Source: a virus (Duplodnaviria > Caudoviricetes). From it: DNA of 24,345 nt. The notes under the pieces are model-generated. The model saw nothing but the letters and a program-made list of their open reading frames with translations, was not told where the DNA came from and did no database searches. Position 1 is the stretch's first letter, and each line of letters starts with the position of its first letter. The position numbers were made by a program, and so were the translations under genes. The DNA lies in IMG/VR virus record IMGVR_UViG_3300033148_001615, positions 1 through 24,345 of that record; one strand, 5' to 3'. Below are positions 17,080 through 23,870 of the stretch, in pieces.

Positions 17080-17518
17080 AGCGATCCTTTAATACTTTAT
17101 CTATGTCAGCCTCAGACTTTTTATCTATTTCATCCCTAAGCTCATACCTCTCTTTAAACTCAGGAACAAGCTGTGTAAGTAGCTTTAAGGCCGAAACGTA
17201 CACATTACCTGTCTCTTCTCTATTAATATATCTCGCTACTACTAACTGTAGCATCTTTTCAAGATTATCCCTGTTAGTTTCCGCTATACGCTCCAGATCG
17301 AGTAGCTCCTTAACTGAGTCCAAAATCTCCTCATTAAGCATCCTCCTACAATTCTTCCGAGCGTTCTCTGGAGTGGTATTAGGATGCGTCTTAAGATAGG
17401 CTTCAGATAAGGTCTTGCTATCCATAATAGCCTTAGCCGATTTAAGGTTCTTTATATCTCTTGCTGTCGGCCTACCTCGTTTTCCATATCCTGCTGGTTT
17501 CTTAGGCATCTTACTCAC
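17033..17518 (-). CDS. terS: Probable terminase small subunit
   Basis: 161 aa; HTH-type LSEAYL.......NARKNCRRML segment, SALKLL oligomerisation helix, N-terminal KRGRP (AT-hook-like); upstream of terL. Confidence 0.75.
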   Translation of the reverse strand: MSKMPKKPAGYGKRGRPTARDIKNLKSAKAIMDSKTLSEAYLKTHPNTTPENARKNCRRMLNEEILDSVKELLDLERIAETNRDNLEKMLQLVVARYINREETGNVYVSALKLLTQLVPEFKERYELRDEIDKKSEADIDKVLKDRYGINPERLKKFNRLN

Positions 17519-17747
17519 CTTCCTTATGAGTCCATGAAATGTATATCCACAATCTTTTACCCTTGTATGCTACTGAAGAATAATTATATTTACTACTCTC
17601 ATTTAAGATATCTCTATAGCCATCTGACCTATTCTTAGTAATCCACTGAGAGTTAGGATAAGGCACATCCAATACTCCCCCACCAACCTCTACCCTACCA
17701 ACTCTAAATTTAGGGATAATAAAATCTTTTCTTACTCTAGGAATCAT
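17511..17747 (-). CDS. Hypothetical protein
   Basis: 78 aa; overlaps the terS start; TAATG coupling upstream. Confidence 0.6.
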   Translation of the reverse strand: MIPRVRKDFIIPKFRVGRVEVGGGVLDVPYPNSQWITKNRSDGYRDILNESSKYNYSSVAYKGKRLWIYISWTHKEGE

Positions 17748-17917
17748 TAAGATTTCTCCCTCTTCTTTTTCTTCTTGGGTCTAATACTACCCTCTACTAT
17801 AGTGACCCTACCCTCTCCGTCCACCTGCACCATCTGTCCAGACTTAAAAGGAGGAATGACGTTCTGCTGTTGATCCCCTAAGTATTGCCCTAGTTTGAAT
17901 TTCTTTTTCTTAGCCAT
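17747..17917 (-). CDS. Small basic hypothetical protein (56 aa, below the ORF-track cutoff)
   Basis: MAKKKKFKLGQYLGDQQQNVIPPFKSGQMVQVDGEGRVTIVEGSIRPKKKKKREKS; TAATG overlaps at both ends; AAGGAG upstream. Confidence 0.65.
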   Translation of the reverse strand: MAKKKKFKLGQYLGDQQQNVIPPFKSGQMVQVDGEGRVTIVEGSIRPKKKKKREKS

Positions 17918-18072
17918 TATATCTTATGCTCCTTATTTAATTGGTGGCGTAACTCTTTTAGTACACGCTTGTACCCTTTTATACACTTGCGGCATACACC
18001 CCTTTTATTAAGAGGAGGGTCTTTTATTAAGTCTTTTTTATTAAACTCTTCCATTATCATTAGGACTCTCAT
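17917..18072 (-). CDS. Small hypothetical protein with CxxC (up to 51 aa)
   Basis: (MRVL)MIMEEFNKKDLIKDPPLNKRGVCRKCIKGYKRVLKELRHQLNKEHKI; its stop overlaps the next ATG; start uncertain. Confidence 0.45.
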   Translation of the reverse strand: MRVLMIMEEFNKKDLIKDPPLNKRGVCRKCIKGYKRVLKELRHQLNKEHKI

Positions 18073-18469
18073 TATCTGTCATTGTCTCTCTCTCTGGAGA
18101 TAGAAAAGGTTTTAAAATACTCACACATATACTTGACTCACTTGATCCCATCCACACCCCCAATCTATTAAAATAGAGAATCTAATTAAGATTAAGTCTG
18201 AATAAGATTAATTCTTAACTGCATTATATCTGGGCTTAACTGGATGAATATAATTAAATCTATACCTCTAGCATGGGTAAGGCTTAACCTTTACGCTATA
18301 TCTCACTAGCTTGTATAGCTAGCGTATAGTCTCCCAGTCGTGATACACTTGCTATGCCTTAACCGTCAATAGCCGTATCTTACTCACTATATATAAATAT
18401 ACTCGCACATAATATTGGATATCTGCCCTATATTCAATATAAATGATATATTATGCTATGTTTTGTCCC

Positions 18470-18498
18470 TTGTAAGTGATATATACCTGCTGTATCCT
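18470..18498 (+). promoter_or_regulatory. Candidate sigma70 promoter for the first early genes
   Basis: TTGTAA-17 bp-TATCCT upstream of the SD GAGGT and ATG 18544. Confidence 0.5.
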
Positions 18499-18543
18499 TA
18501 AGGTATGAATATGATAAAGGGAAGTCAATCGAGAGGTAATAAA

Positions 18544-18711
18544 ATGAAAAGAAAATATAAGATAGGTGATACAATTAAGATAGGTGGTATTGAAGCAGAG
18601 GTAATAGACGTTCTATATGGTGGTGAATATGATTACAAGATTAAATGCGATGGTGAATACCCGTTTGTCATATGGGAAGATGAAATTGATAGGCAGGGGG
18701 AGGTAGCATAA
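18544..18711 (+). CDS. Small SH3/KOW-like early protein
   Basis: Start moved to the ATG after GAGGT; KYKIGDTIKI...AEVIDV...YKIK...IWEDEI pattern. Confidence 0.7.
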   Translation: MKRKYKIGDTIKIGGIEAEVIDVLYGGEYDYKIKCDGEYPFVIWEDEIDRQGEVA

Positions 18712-19115
18712 TGAATATAGATAGGCGTTTAAGTAGAAACTTGTCGAATAACCGTACGAATCCGAATAAAAATATATGTACCTCTAGCATTACCGGGTTC
18801 TTCAATTGTACTCACCTGGTAAGGTACCTACATAGGCACACGGATGTAGTAAGGGCTTTGCGTATAGGTGGATACCAAGTCAGGAGTAGGTCATCGCAAG
18901 TTAAGAATAGGACAATAGGTAGGGCAAGGGCAAGGTTTGCCGATATAACCCTGAGAGAGGGTAAACCTACTATGGGGTATCTTGTAAGGATACAAGGACA
19001 TGTCCTATTGCTAGACTGTAAAGGTAATACAATAGTGGATACAGATAGTAGAGTCAGAGACAAACGTAAGATTCTAAATGCGTATAAAATAACCCAAAAA
19101 GAGGTACTACAATGA
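18711..19115 (+). CDS. Early protein with papain-like Cys-His-Asp arrangement
   Basis: NIC at a helix start, YLVRIQGHVLLL, then IVDTD; SD GGAGGT; TAATG coupling. Confidence 0.6.
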   Translation: MNIDRRLSRNLSNNRTNPNKNICTSSITGFFNCTHLVRYLHRHTDVVRALRIGGYQVRSRSSQVKNRTIGRARARFADITLREGKPTMGYLVRIQGHVLLLDCKGNTIVDTDSRVRDKRKILNAYKITQKEVLQ

Positions 19116-19282
19116 GACAGAATACGATCAAGTTTCAATTAAACGGCAGGGAATTCAGACGGTCAACAAAGCATGTAAAGTATCGTGGTAATGCCTACAG
19201 TCAGGCTCATAAATGGAATGTGATACTAGGGCTTTACGGTTACGATCAAAAAGACATAAATCAAACCAAAAAGGGAGGGTAA
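19112..19282 (+). CDS. Small hypothetical protein (56 aa, not in track)
   Basis: MRQNTIKFQLNGREFRRSTKHVKYRGNAYSQAHKWNVILGLYGYDQKDINQTKKGG; SD GAGGT; ATGA overlap. Confidence 0.65.
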   Translation: MRQNTIKFQLNGREFRRSTKHVKYRGNAYSQAHKWNVILGLYGYDQKDINQTKKGG

Positions 19283-19286
19283 GACA

Positions 19287-19424
19287 ATGCTAAACTTGAA
19301 TGTACATCGAGTCAAATCTTGGAGTAAAGAGGATAGGGAAGCAACAGGTACAAAGTGGACAGTGATTAAAGTAGAAACAGTTGATCAAGGGGAAGTAGAA
19401 ATAACCTTGTTTCCAGAGAGATGA
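19287..19424 (+). CDS. Small hypothetical protein (45 aa, not in track)
   Basis: MLNLNVHRVKSWSKEDREATGTKWTVIKVETVDQGEVEITLFPER; SD GGAGG. Confidence 0.65.
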   Translation: MLNLNVHRVKSWSKEDREATGTKWTVIKVETVDQGEVEITLFPER

Positions 19425-19456
19425 TAAAGCAAGATATAGCAAGGTATAACATGCCC

Positions 19457-19485
19457 TTGGCAGGTAATAGGGCATGTGCTATCAT
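19457..19485 (+). promoter_or_regulatory. Sigma70 promoter with extended -10
   Basis: TTGGCA-17 bp-TATCAT with TGn before the -10; intergenic. Confidence 0.75.
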
Positions 19486-19522
19486 AAGATTATAGAAGAA
19501 AATAAAACTGGGAGGTAATAAA

Positions 19523-19786
19523 ATGTTATACAGAATCTTTACAGAGGATAAAGGGAACGTAAAAGAAATAGCAAAACTAGCTTCTAGGTACTTTGAAGGA
19601 TTTACTATCTTCAAGTCCTTAGGATACTATAAAGGGAAAGCAGAAAAAAGCTTACTTATAGAGGTAACTAGTCTAGATGAAAATATATGCTTAGATATAA
19701 ATGATCTAGCAGATGATATTAAAGTAGTAAACAAACAAGAGACAGTACTAGTCGAAAAGATAGCTTGCAGTAGTAAACTGATTTAA
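19523..19786 (+). CDS. Candidate SAM lyase (T3 SAMase / DUF3574-like fold)
   Basis: 87 aa; GFTI....GYYKG..E.S..IE ... LA..IK...KQETVLV matches the G-x-Y...E...Q[ED]xVL signature. Confidence 0.6.
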   Translation: MLYRIFTEDKGNVKEIAKLASRYFEGFTIFKSLGYYKGKAEKSLLIEVTSLDENICLDINDLADDIKVVNKQETVLVEKIACSSKLI

Positions 19787-19809
19787 AATAAAAATTAGGA
19801 GGTATTACA

Positions 19810-20127
19810 ATGTTAAGTCCAGAATATATCAGGGCAAAACAAGATAAAAAAACAAATAAAGCAAGACTAGAGGGTACTATACCCTACCTAGCAGAAAGCA
19901 ATGGAGATAAGAATGTAGTAAACCCACCTTTTATAGGTGTTTTCGTACCCTATGCTTATGAGGTAGTGGACACATTTTTTGTGGACAAAACAGGTATTGG
20001 AGCAGATTCAGAGCCTGCTTTAACTTTAGATCAATTTCTAGCTAAAGTCAAAAAGGGCTTTTACTATGCGATAAAAGAGGAGGGACAGTTTCAGATTTAT
20101 ATTAGGGAATTCAAGAAACTATATTAA
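19810..20127 (+). CDS. Hypothetical early phage protein
   Basis: 105 aa; FVD.TG.G...EPALT..QF and EEGQFQ.YI motifs; SD AGGAGGT. Confidence 0.75.
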   Translation: MLSPEYIRAKQDKKTNKARLEGTIPYLAESNGDKNVVNPPFIGVFVPYAYEVVDTFFVDKTGIGADSEPALTLDQFLAKVKKGFYYAIKEEGQFQIYIREFKKLY

Positions 20128-20134
20128 GAATAAA

Positions 20135-20174
20135 TGTTTAGTTTAGGCTAAACAAAGTCCCATAACTGGGACTT
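20135..20174 (+). terminator. Two adjacent hairpins between a stop codon and the next promoter
   Basis: TGTTTAG-N6-CTAAACA (20135-20154) abutting AAGTCCCA-TAAC-TGGGACTT (20155-20174). Confidence 0.5.
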
Positions 20175-20186
20175 ATCATTATAAAT

Positions 20187-20215
20187 TTGACATAAGGTAT
20201 CAAGTATGATACTAT
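20187..20215 (+). promoter_or_regulatory. Strong sigma70 promoter with extended -10
   Basis: TTGACA-17 bp-TACTAT preceded by TGn. Confidence 0.85.
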
Positions 20216-20241
20216 ATAAAATAGGGGAGGAGGTAGCTAAA

Positions 20242-20862
20242 ATGAATAAGGTACTTAGAAGAAACATAAAAAAACATTTAAAGACCTTGCCTAAAGCTTC
20301 AGTTATAGCTAGGGATTCTATAAAAGGGCAGGCTAAAAAGAATTGGTATATTCGGGCTTACGATAACATAAAAGCTAAATACCCAGAAGATTATAAGCTA
20401 TTTATAGGAATATTATCTAGTACAAGTCCGAGACAGCATGTAAAGCTAAACCTGAGAATGACAGAAAAGATATACAAGGAATACGTTAGGCAAAGTAGAC
20501 CTAAGGACTTGCAAGTTATAAAAAAGATAGCGGAGTTATCTGATTTGCCTGCTAGAACGTCAAATATTATAAGGACTTTTCAAGGTAAGCCCTTATCTGG
20601 AAATAAGGTTAAGTCCTTTAATGATAACCTTTTAGGACAAAGTGATAGCGTAACTATTGATACTTGGATGTATACTTATGCAGGAATACATAATGATTCA
20701 CTACAGAATAAATCAGGTTACATAGCCTATTCACATAGAATAAAACAGGCTAGCAGGATACTAAATTGGAAACCTTCACAAGTACAAGCTTCAATCTGGA
20801 GTTATACATACTCTATCGTGAATAAGTGTAGAGTAGAGGATGTACCAGAATTTAAAATCTAA
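20242..20862 (+). CDS. Helical phage protein resembling HhH DNA-glycosylase-like proteins (DUF7178-like)
   Basis: Start moved to the ATG after AGGAGGT; motifs WY, LS.TSPR....N, G.KV.SF..NL, VTIDTWM, Y......I, P.QVQA.IW. Confidence 0.6.
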   Translation: MNKVLRRNIKKHLKTLPKASVIARDSIKGQAKKNWYIRAYDNIKAKYPEDYKLFIGILSSTSPRQHVKLNLRMTEKIYKEYVRQSRPKDLQVIKKIAELSDLPARTSNIIRTFQGKPLSGNKVKSFNDNLLGQSDSVTIDTWMYTYAGIHNDSLQNKSGYIAYSHRIKQASRILNWKPSQVQASIWSYTYSIVNKCRVEDVPEFKI

Positions 20863-20878
20863 CAGGGAGGGTTATATA

Positions 20879-21118
20879 ATGAGTATAAATAAAACAGTTA
20901 AAAGAAACTTACCTATAGCAAAACAGATTTTAGGTAGGGTACATGTTTCATGCTCTAACAGGACAGCTATAAAAGAAGTTATCAAGGGTATGTCTCAAAA
21001 ATATAAGACTTGGCGTACACTTGGGATAAATCAGAGAAAGGGATTAATGAAAGCTTTCATTAAAGCCCATAGGGAGAATCAAAAATTGTATTTCTTAGTT
21101 AACTCAGGTATGATATAG
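20879..21118 (+). CDS. Basic helical hypothetical protein
   Basis: Start moved to the ATG after GGAGG; ILGRVHVS...H.EN..LY. Confidence 0.7.
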   Translation: MSINKTVKRNLPIAKQILGRVHVSCSNRTAIKEVIKGMSQKYKTWRTLGINQRKGLMKAFIKAHRENQKLYFLVNSGMI

Positions 21119-21144
21119 CAGAACATAGCATAATCTAGCCTAGC

Positions 21145-21173
21145 TTGACAAGGGCTGAGATACATGCTATCAT
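21145..21173 (+). promoter_or_regulatory. Strong sigma70 promoter with extended -10
   Basis: TTGACA-17 bp-TATCAT preceded by TGn. Confidence 0.85.
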
Positions 21174-21199
21174 TACAATTAGAGGGGAAGGTGAATAAA

Positions 21200-21379
21200 A
21201 TGAATGTCTGGGGGATACAGAGAAAGCTAGAAGAAAATAAACGGTTGACAAAAGAAGAAAAGACTTGGCTAGCTGAAGCCCTAAGGGTATATGTAGTAGG
21301 GGCTTACAACAGTGACAAGAGAGTAGTAGAGTTAAAAAGGGAATTACAGATAGCAAGTCATGGAAAACTAGGAAACTAA
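21200..21379 (+). CDS. Small hypothetical protein
   Basis: Start moved downstream of the promoter; SD AAGGTG. Confidence 0.65.
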   Translation: MNVWGIQRKLEENKRLTKEEKTWLAEALRVYVVGAYNSDKRVVELKRELQIASHGKLGN

Positions 21380-21395
21380 AAAGGAGGTAACTAAG

Positions 21396-21644
21396 ATGAA
21401 ACTTTTTAAAATAAACGACTCGTTAACTGTAGTCTGTAACTGGGAAAAAACTAGGTACGGTTTTAGGCACCTAGCAAGCCTATTAAGAAATGGTGGGCAT
21501 GAAGTAGCTAAAGCTAAAGCCTGCTATTACAACAGGGCTTGGGAAAGCTTCGAATACCAATCGGTTTTAAGAAACCTAAAAGAAAAATCAGGTCTAAATG
21601 ATTCTGAGATTAAAGACTTTGAATCTGTTATTAGAGGGGGATAA
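21396..21644 (+). CDS. Hypothetical early phage protein
   Basis: 82 aa; TR.GFRH...K.CYYNR.WE.F.YQSVL; SD AAGGAGGT. Confidence 0.75.
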   Translation: MKLFKINDSLTVVCNWEKTRYGFRHLASLLRNGGHEVAKAKACYYNRAWESFEYQSVLRNLKEKSGLNDSEIKDFESVIRGG

Positions 21645-21645
21645 T

Positions 21646-21891
21646 ATGAACTTTGAATATAGTGTAGACTGGTATCAAGAGAAAATAAATAATGGGTACG
21701 TTTGGAGATTGGAAGGATTTCATGGTAGACAGGCTATGGATTTAATCGAAGGGGGATACTGTACCCTAGGTGAAAAGGGTTGTCACGACTATTGGGGGAA
21801 TTATGTCCCTAGCAAAACAGAGGTACAGGCAGGGACAAAAGGAAGTCAGGAATATGTAGATCAAAAGACAGCAGAAAGGGATGGTGAGTAA
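21646..21891 (+). CDS. Small phage protein (DUF7417-like motif)
   Basis: Q..IN.G..W.LEG..GR.A..LIE.G motif; ATG 1 nt after the upstream stop. Confidence 0.65.
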   Translation: MNFEYSVDWYQEKINNGYVWRLEGFHGRQAMDLIEGGYCTLGEKGCHDYWGNYVPSKTEVQAGTKGSQEYVDQKTAERDGE

Positions 21892-21892
21892 T

Positions 21893-22063
21893 ATGAATAA
21901 CTGCCCAGATTGTGGAAGGACTTTAGAGCAAGGAGATACAGAGACAGACAAGCACAATATGTATGTGAGGGTTACTTACTATTGTGATTTCTGTCAGGTT
22001 ACTTGGTCTGCTACATATGATAACTATGAACAGACCGAGACAATCCAGAGAGGGGAGGGGTAA
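21893..22063 (+). CDS. Small Zn-ribbon protein
   Basis: CPDC...CDFC. Confidence 0.7.
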   Translation: MNNCPDCGRTLEQGDTETDKHNMYVRVTYYCDFCQVTWSATYDNYEQTETIQRGEG

Positions 22064-22068
22064 AGTCT

Positions 22069-22269
22069 ATGTGTGAATACAAAACAGAAGATGTAAAAGA
22101 ACTATGCTCCAACGTAAGGGCTTTACTAAAGGAATACAAGTATCTGTATGAAACATTTGACCCTGAGGGTACTCACGCTGTATGGGTTGAGTGGGAGGTA
22201 GATGTAAGAAGAAGCCTAAGAAATTTAAAAGAACTACGGGAGGTAGACGATGATAAACACGCTATGTAG
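22069..22269 (+). CDS. Small hypothetical protein
   Basis: 66 aa; SD GGAGG. Confidence 0.65.
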   Translation: MCEYKTEDVKELCSNVRALLKEYKYLYETFDPEGTHAVWVEWEVDVRRSLRNLKELREVDDDKHAM

Positions 22270-22438
22270 GGTATGTAAGGAAAAATGTAAGCAACAGGAC
22301 TATCAGTTGATAATTAAGTGTCCCCACTTTGTTCATTCAAAAACAGGGACTAAATCTGGAGCAAAGGGTTTATTACCTAAGGGGAAAGGTTCAGTCTTGG
22401 GTATCCAGAGGACAATAGCTAGCCATAAGGTAGGGTAG
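22250..22438 (+). CDS. Small Cys-rich protein
   Basis: CxxCxxxCKQ-x7-CP; SD GGAGGT. Confidence 0.6.
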   Translation: MINTLCRVCKEKCKQQDYQLIIKCPHFVHSKTGTKSGAKGLLPKGKGSVLGIQRTIASHKVG

Positions 22439-22457
22439 GGTACATCTACTCTACTTT
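22427..22457 (+). terminator. Candidate hairpin/terminator
   Basis: AAGGTAGGGTAG-GGTACAT-CTACTCTACTTT; 12-bp stem with G-U pairs, spanning the stop codon. Confidence 0.4.
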
Positions 22458-22487
22458 ACCCAGCTTAAAACTCAAATATGGAGGATT

Positions 22488-22700
22488 ATGGTGGATACTA
22501 ATATTTTATTTGATATATTCCTATTATGCTTGTGGTCTGCCATGTCCTTCCTTGGAGGGTATGTCAAGGCATCATGGGATAAGGAAAAAGAATTTGACAA
22601 GGAACGTAAAGGCATGTACACTACCTTTAGAGAACACATAGACAGAGTAAAAGATAATAACTCAAATTGGTGGAAAGGAGAAGAAAATGAAAAAGTATAA
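22488..22700 (+). CDS. Small protein with one N-terminal transmembrane helix
   Basis: ILFDIFLLCLWSAMSFLGGYV followed by a charged tail; SD GGAGG. Confidence 0.7.
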   Translation: MVDTNILFDIFLLCLWSAMSFLGGYVKASWDKEKEFDKERKGMYTTFREHIDRVKDNNSNWWKGEENEKV

Positions 22701-23409
22701 ACTAACAGAGAAACACACACATTTAGACATTTTCAGGATTGAGGCTCTGGTGAGTTTCGGGGCAGTTGTTAAAGGTGAAAAGGGAGGTTGGATTGAAAAA
22801 GAACAAAATTTAAGTCAAGGCGGTAAGGCTTGGGTGTTCGGTGATGCTAGGGTGTTCGGTAAGGCTTGGGTGTCCGGTGATGCTAGGGTGTCCGGTGATG
22901 CTGAGGTGTTCGGTGATGCTAGGGTGTTCGGTAAGGCTTGGGTGTCCGGTGATGCTGAGGTCGGTGATGCTAGGGTGTCCGGTGATGCTGAGGTGTTCGG
23001 TGATGCTGAGGTGTTCGGTGATGCTGAGGTGTTCGGTGATGCTGAGGTGTTCGGTAAGGCTTGGGTGTCCGGTGATGCTAGGGTGTTCGGTAAGGCTTGG
23101 GTGTCCGGTGATGCTAGGGTGTTCGGTAAGGCTTGGGTGTTCGGTGATGCTAGGGTGTTCGGTGATGCTTGGGTGTTCAGTGATGCTTGGACAAAATCGC
23201 CTTTACAGATACAGGGTTCTAAACACTTTGTTACTACTGCCACACACACCAAAATTGCTATAGGATGTAAAATTCACACAATAGCAAAGTGGAAAAAAGA
23301 GTACAAACAAATAGGAAAAGCTAACGGCTATACAAAAAAAGAAGTTAGAGAGTATAAGTTATGTCTTGACTTAGCTATTAAATATCTGAAAGGAAAATAT
23401 TATGAATAG
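22687..23409 (+). CDS. Hexapeptide-repeat (left-handed beta-helix-like) phage protein
   Basis: N-domain FRIEAL..FG.V.KGEKGGWIEKE.NLSQ, about 20 G(D/K)A(R/W/E)V(F/S) repeats, C-domain I.IGC..H....W. Confidence 0.85.
   Translation: MKKYKLTEKHTHLDIFRIEALVSFGAVVKGEKGGWIEKEQNLSQGGKAWVFGDARVFGKAWVSGDARVSGDAEVFGDARVFGKAWVSGDAEVGDARVSGDAEVFGDAEVFGDAEVFGDAEVFGKAWVSGDARVFGKAWVSGDARVFGKAWVFGDARVFGDAWVFSDAWTKSPLQIQGSKHFVTTATHTKIAIGCKIHTIAKWKKEYKQIGKANGYTKKEVREYKLCLDLAIKYLKGKYYE
22822..23190 (+). repeat. 18-bp coding tandem repeat, 20 units plus a partial unit
   Basis: Consensus GGT (GAT/AAG) GCT (AGG/TGG/GAG) GTG (TTC/TCC); one 15-nt unit at 22948-22962. Confidence 0.95.
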
Positions 23410-23593
23410 AGAACTAAAAATTGATTGGAGAGATTGGGAAACACGAAAGATTAAGTCTCATGGTATGTGGATTTTAGTAGGGAAAGACGTAAATATGCAT
23501 GACCTTGAGACTGGTAAGGTAGTTGGGGTAGAAGTAAGTCAACTTCTAAATGGAAAGTACATAGTTGAAAGGGTTATAAAGGAAGGGGAATAA
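23402..23593 (+). CDS. Small hypothetical protein
   Basis: 63 aa; overlaps the upstream stop. Confidence 0.65.
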   Translation: MNRELKIDWRDWETRKIKSHGMWILVGKDVNMHDLETGKVVGVEVSQLLNGKYIVERVIKEGE

Positions 23594-23597
23594 AACC

Positions 23598-23870
23598 ATG
23601 AAACACAAAGTCAGATTCAATAAGAAGTGTAGAGCATGTGGGGGGCAGGAGTTTGAAATTGAAAGGTCTACCGTAGTGGAGGATGAGTATTGGGTAGGTT
23701 GCGTGTCATGTAAGAAGCTAGTACTTACAAAGTGGTCTACCTTTGAAAAGTTTATTGAAAGATCGTCCGAGCTATGGGACAAGGACAGATTCACCAGTGA
23801 TAGCAAGATAACATCTGATGATGTAAAGTTTCTTAGGTGGTTACTGGAGAATAAGGGGGTGGAAGTATGA
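23598..23870 (+). CDS. Zn-ribbon protein (loosely Lar-like)
   Basis: CRACGG...YWVGCVSC. Confidence 0.65.
   Translation: MKHKVRFNKKCRACGGQEFEIERSTVVEDEYWVGCVSCKKLVLTKWSTFEKFIERSSELWDKDRFTSDSKITSDDVKFLRWLLENKGVEV

Noticed and set aside
72-17399. Plus-strand ORFs within the structural arm (e.g. 6010..6408, 8986..9336, 12239..12706)
   Set aside because: Antisense shadows of well-supported minus-strand genes, with Ser/Pro/Leu-rich composition and no convincing SD.
22488-22700. Possible holin
   Set aside because: Single TM helix in the early arm with no adjacent endolysin; insufficient support.
22822-23190. CRISPR-like appearance of the repeat array
   Set aside because: Units are contiguous 18-mers with no unique spacers and encode an in-frame hexapeptide repeat.
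22815-23263. Overlapping ORFs 22815..23252 (-) and 22841..23263 (+)
   Set aside because: By-products of a stop-free tandem repeat; only the 22687 frame has an SD and recognisable flanking domains.
18812-23806. Minus-strand ORFs within the early arm
   Set aside because: Antisense to SD-supported plus-strand genes or promoters; hydrophobic composition reflects the purine bias of the plus strand.
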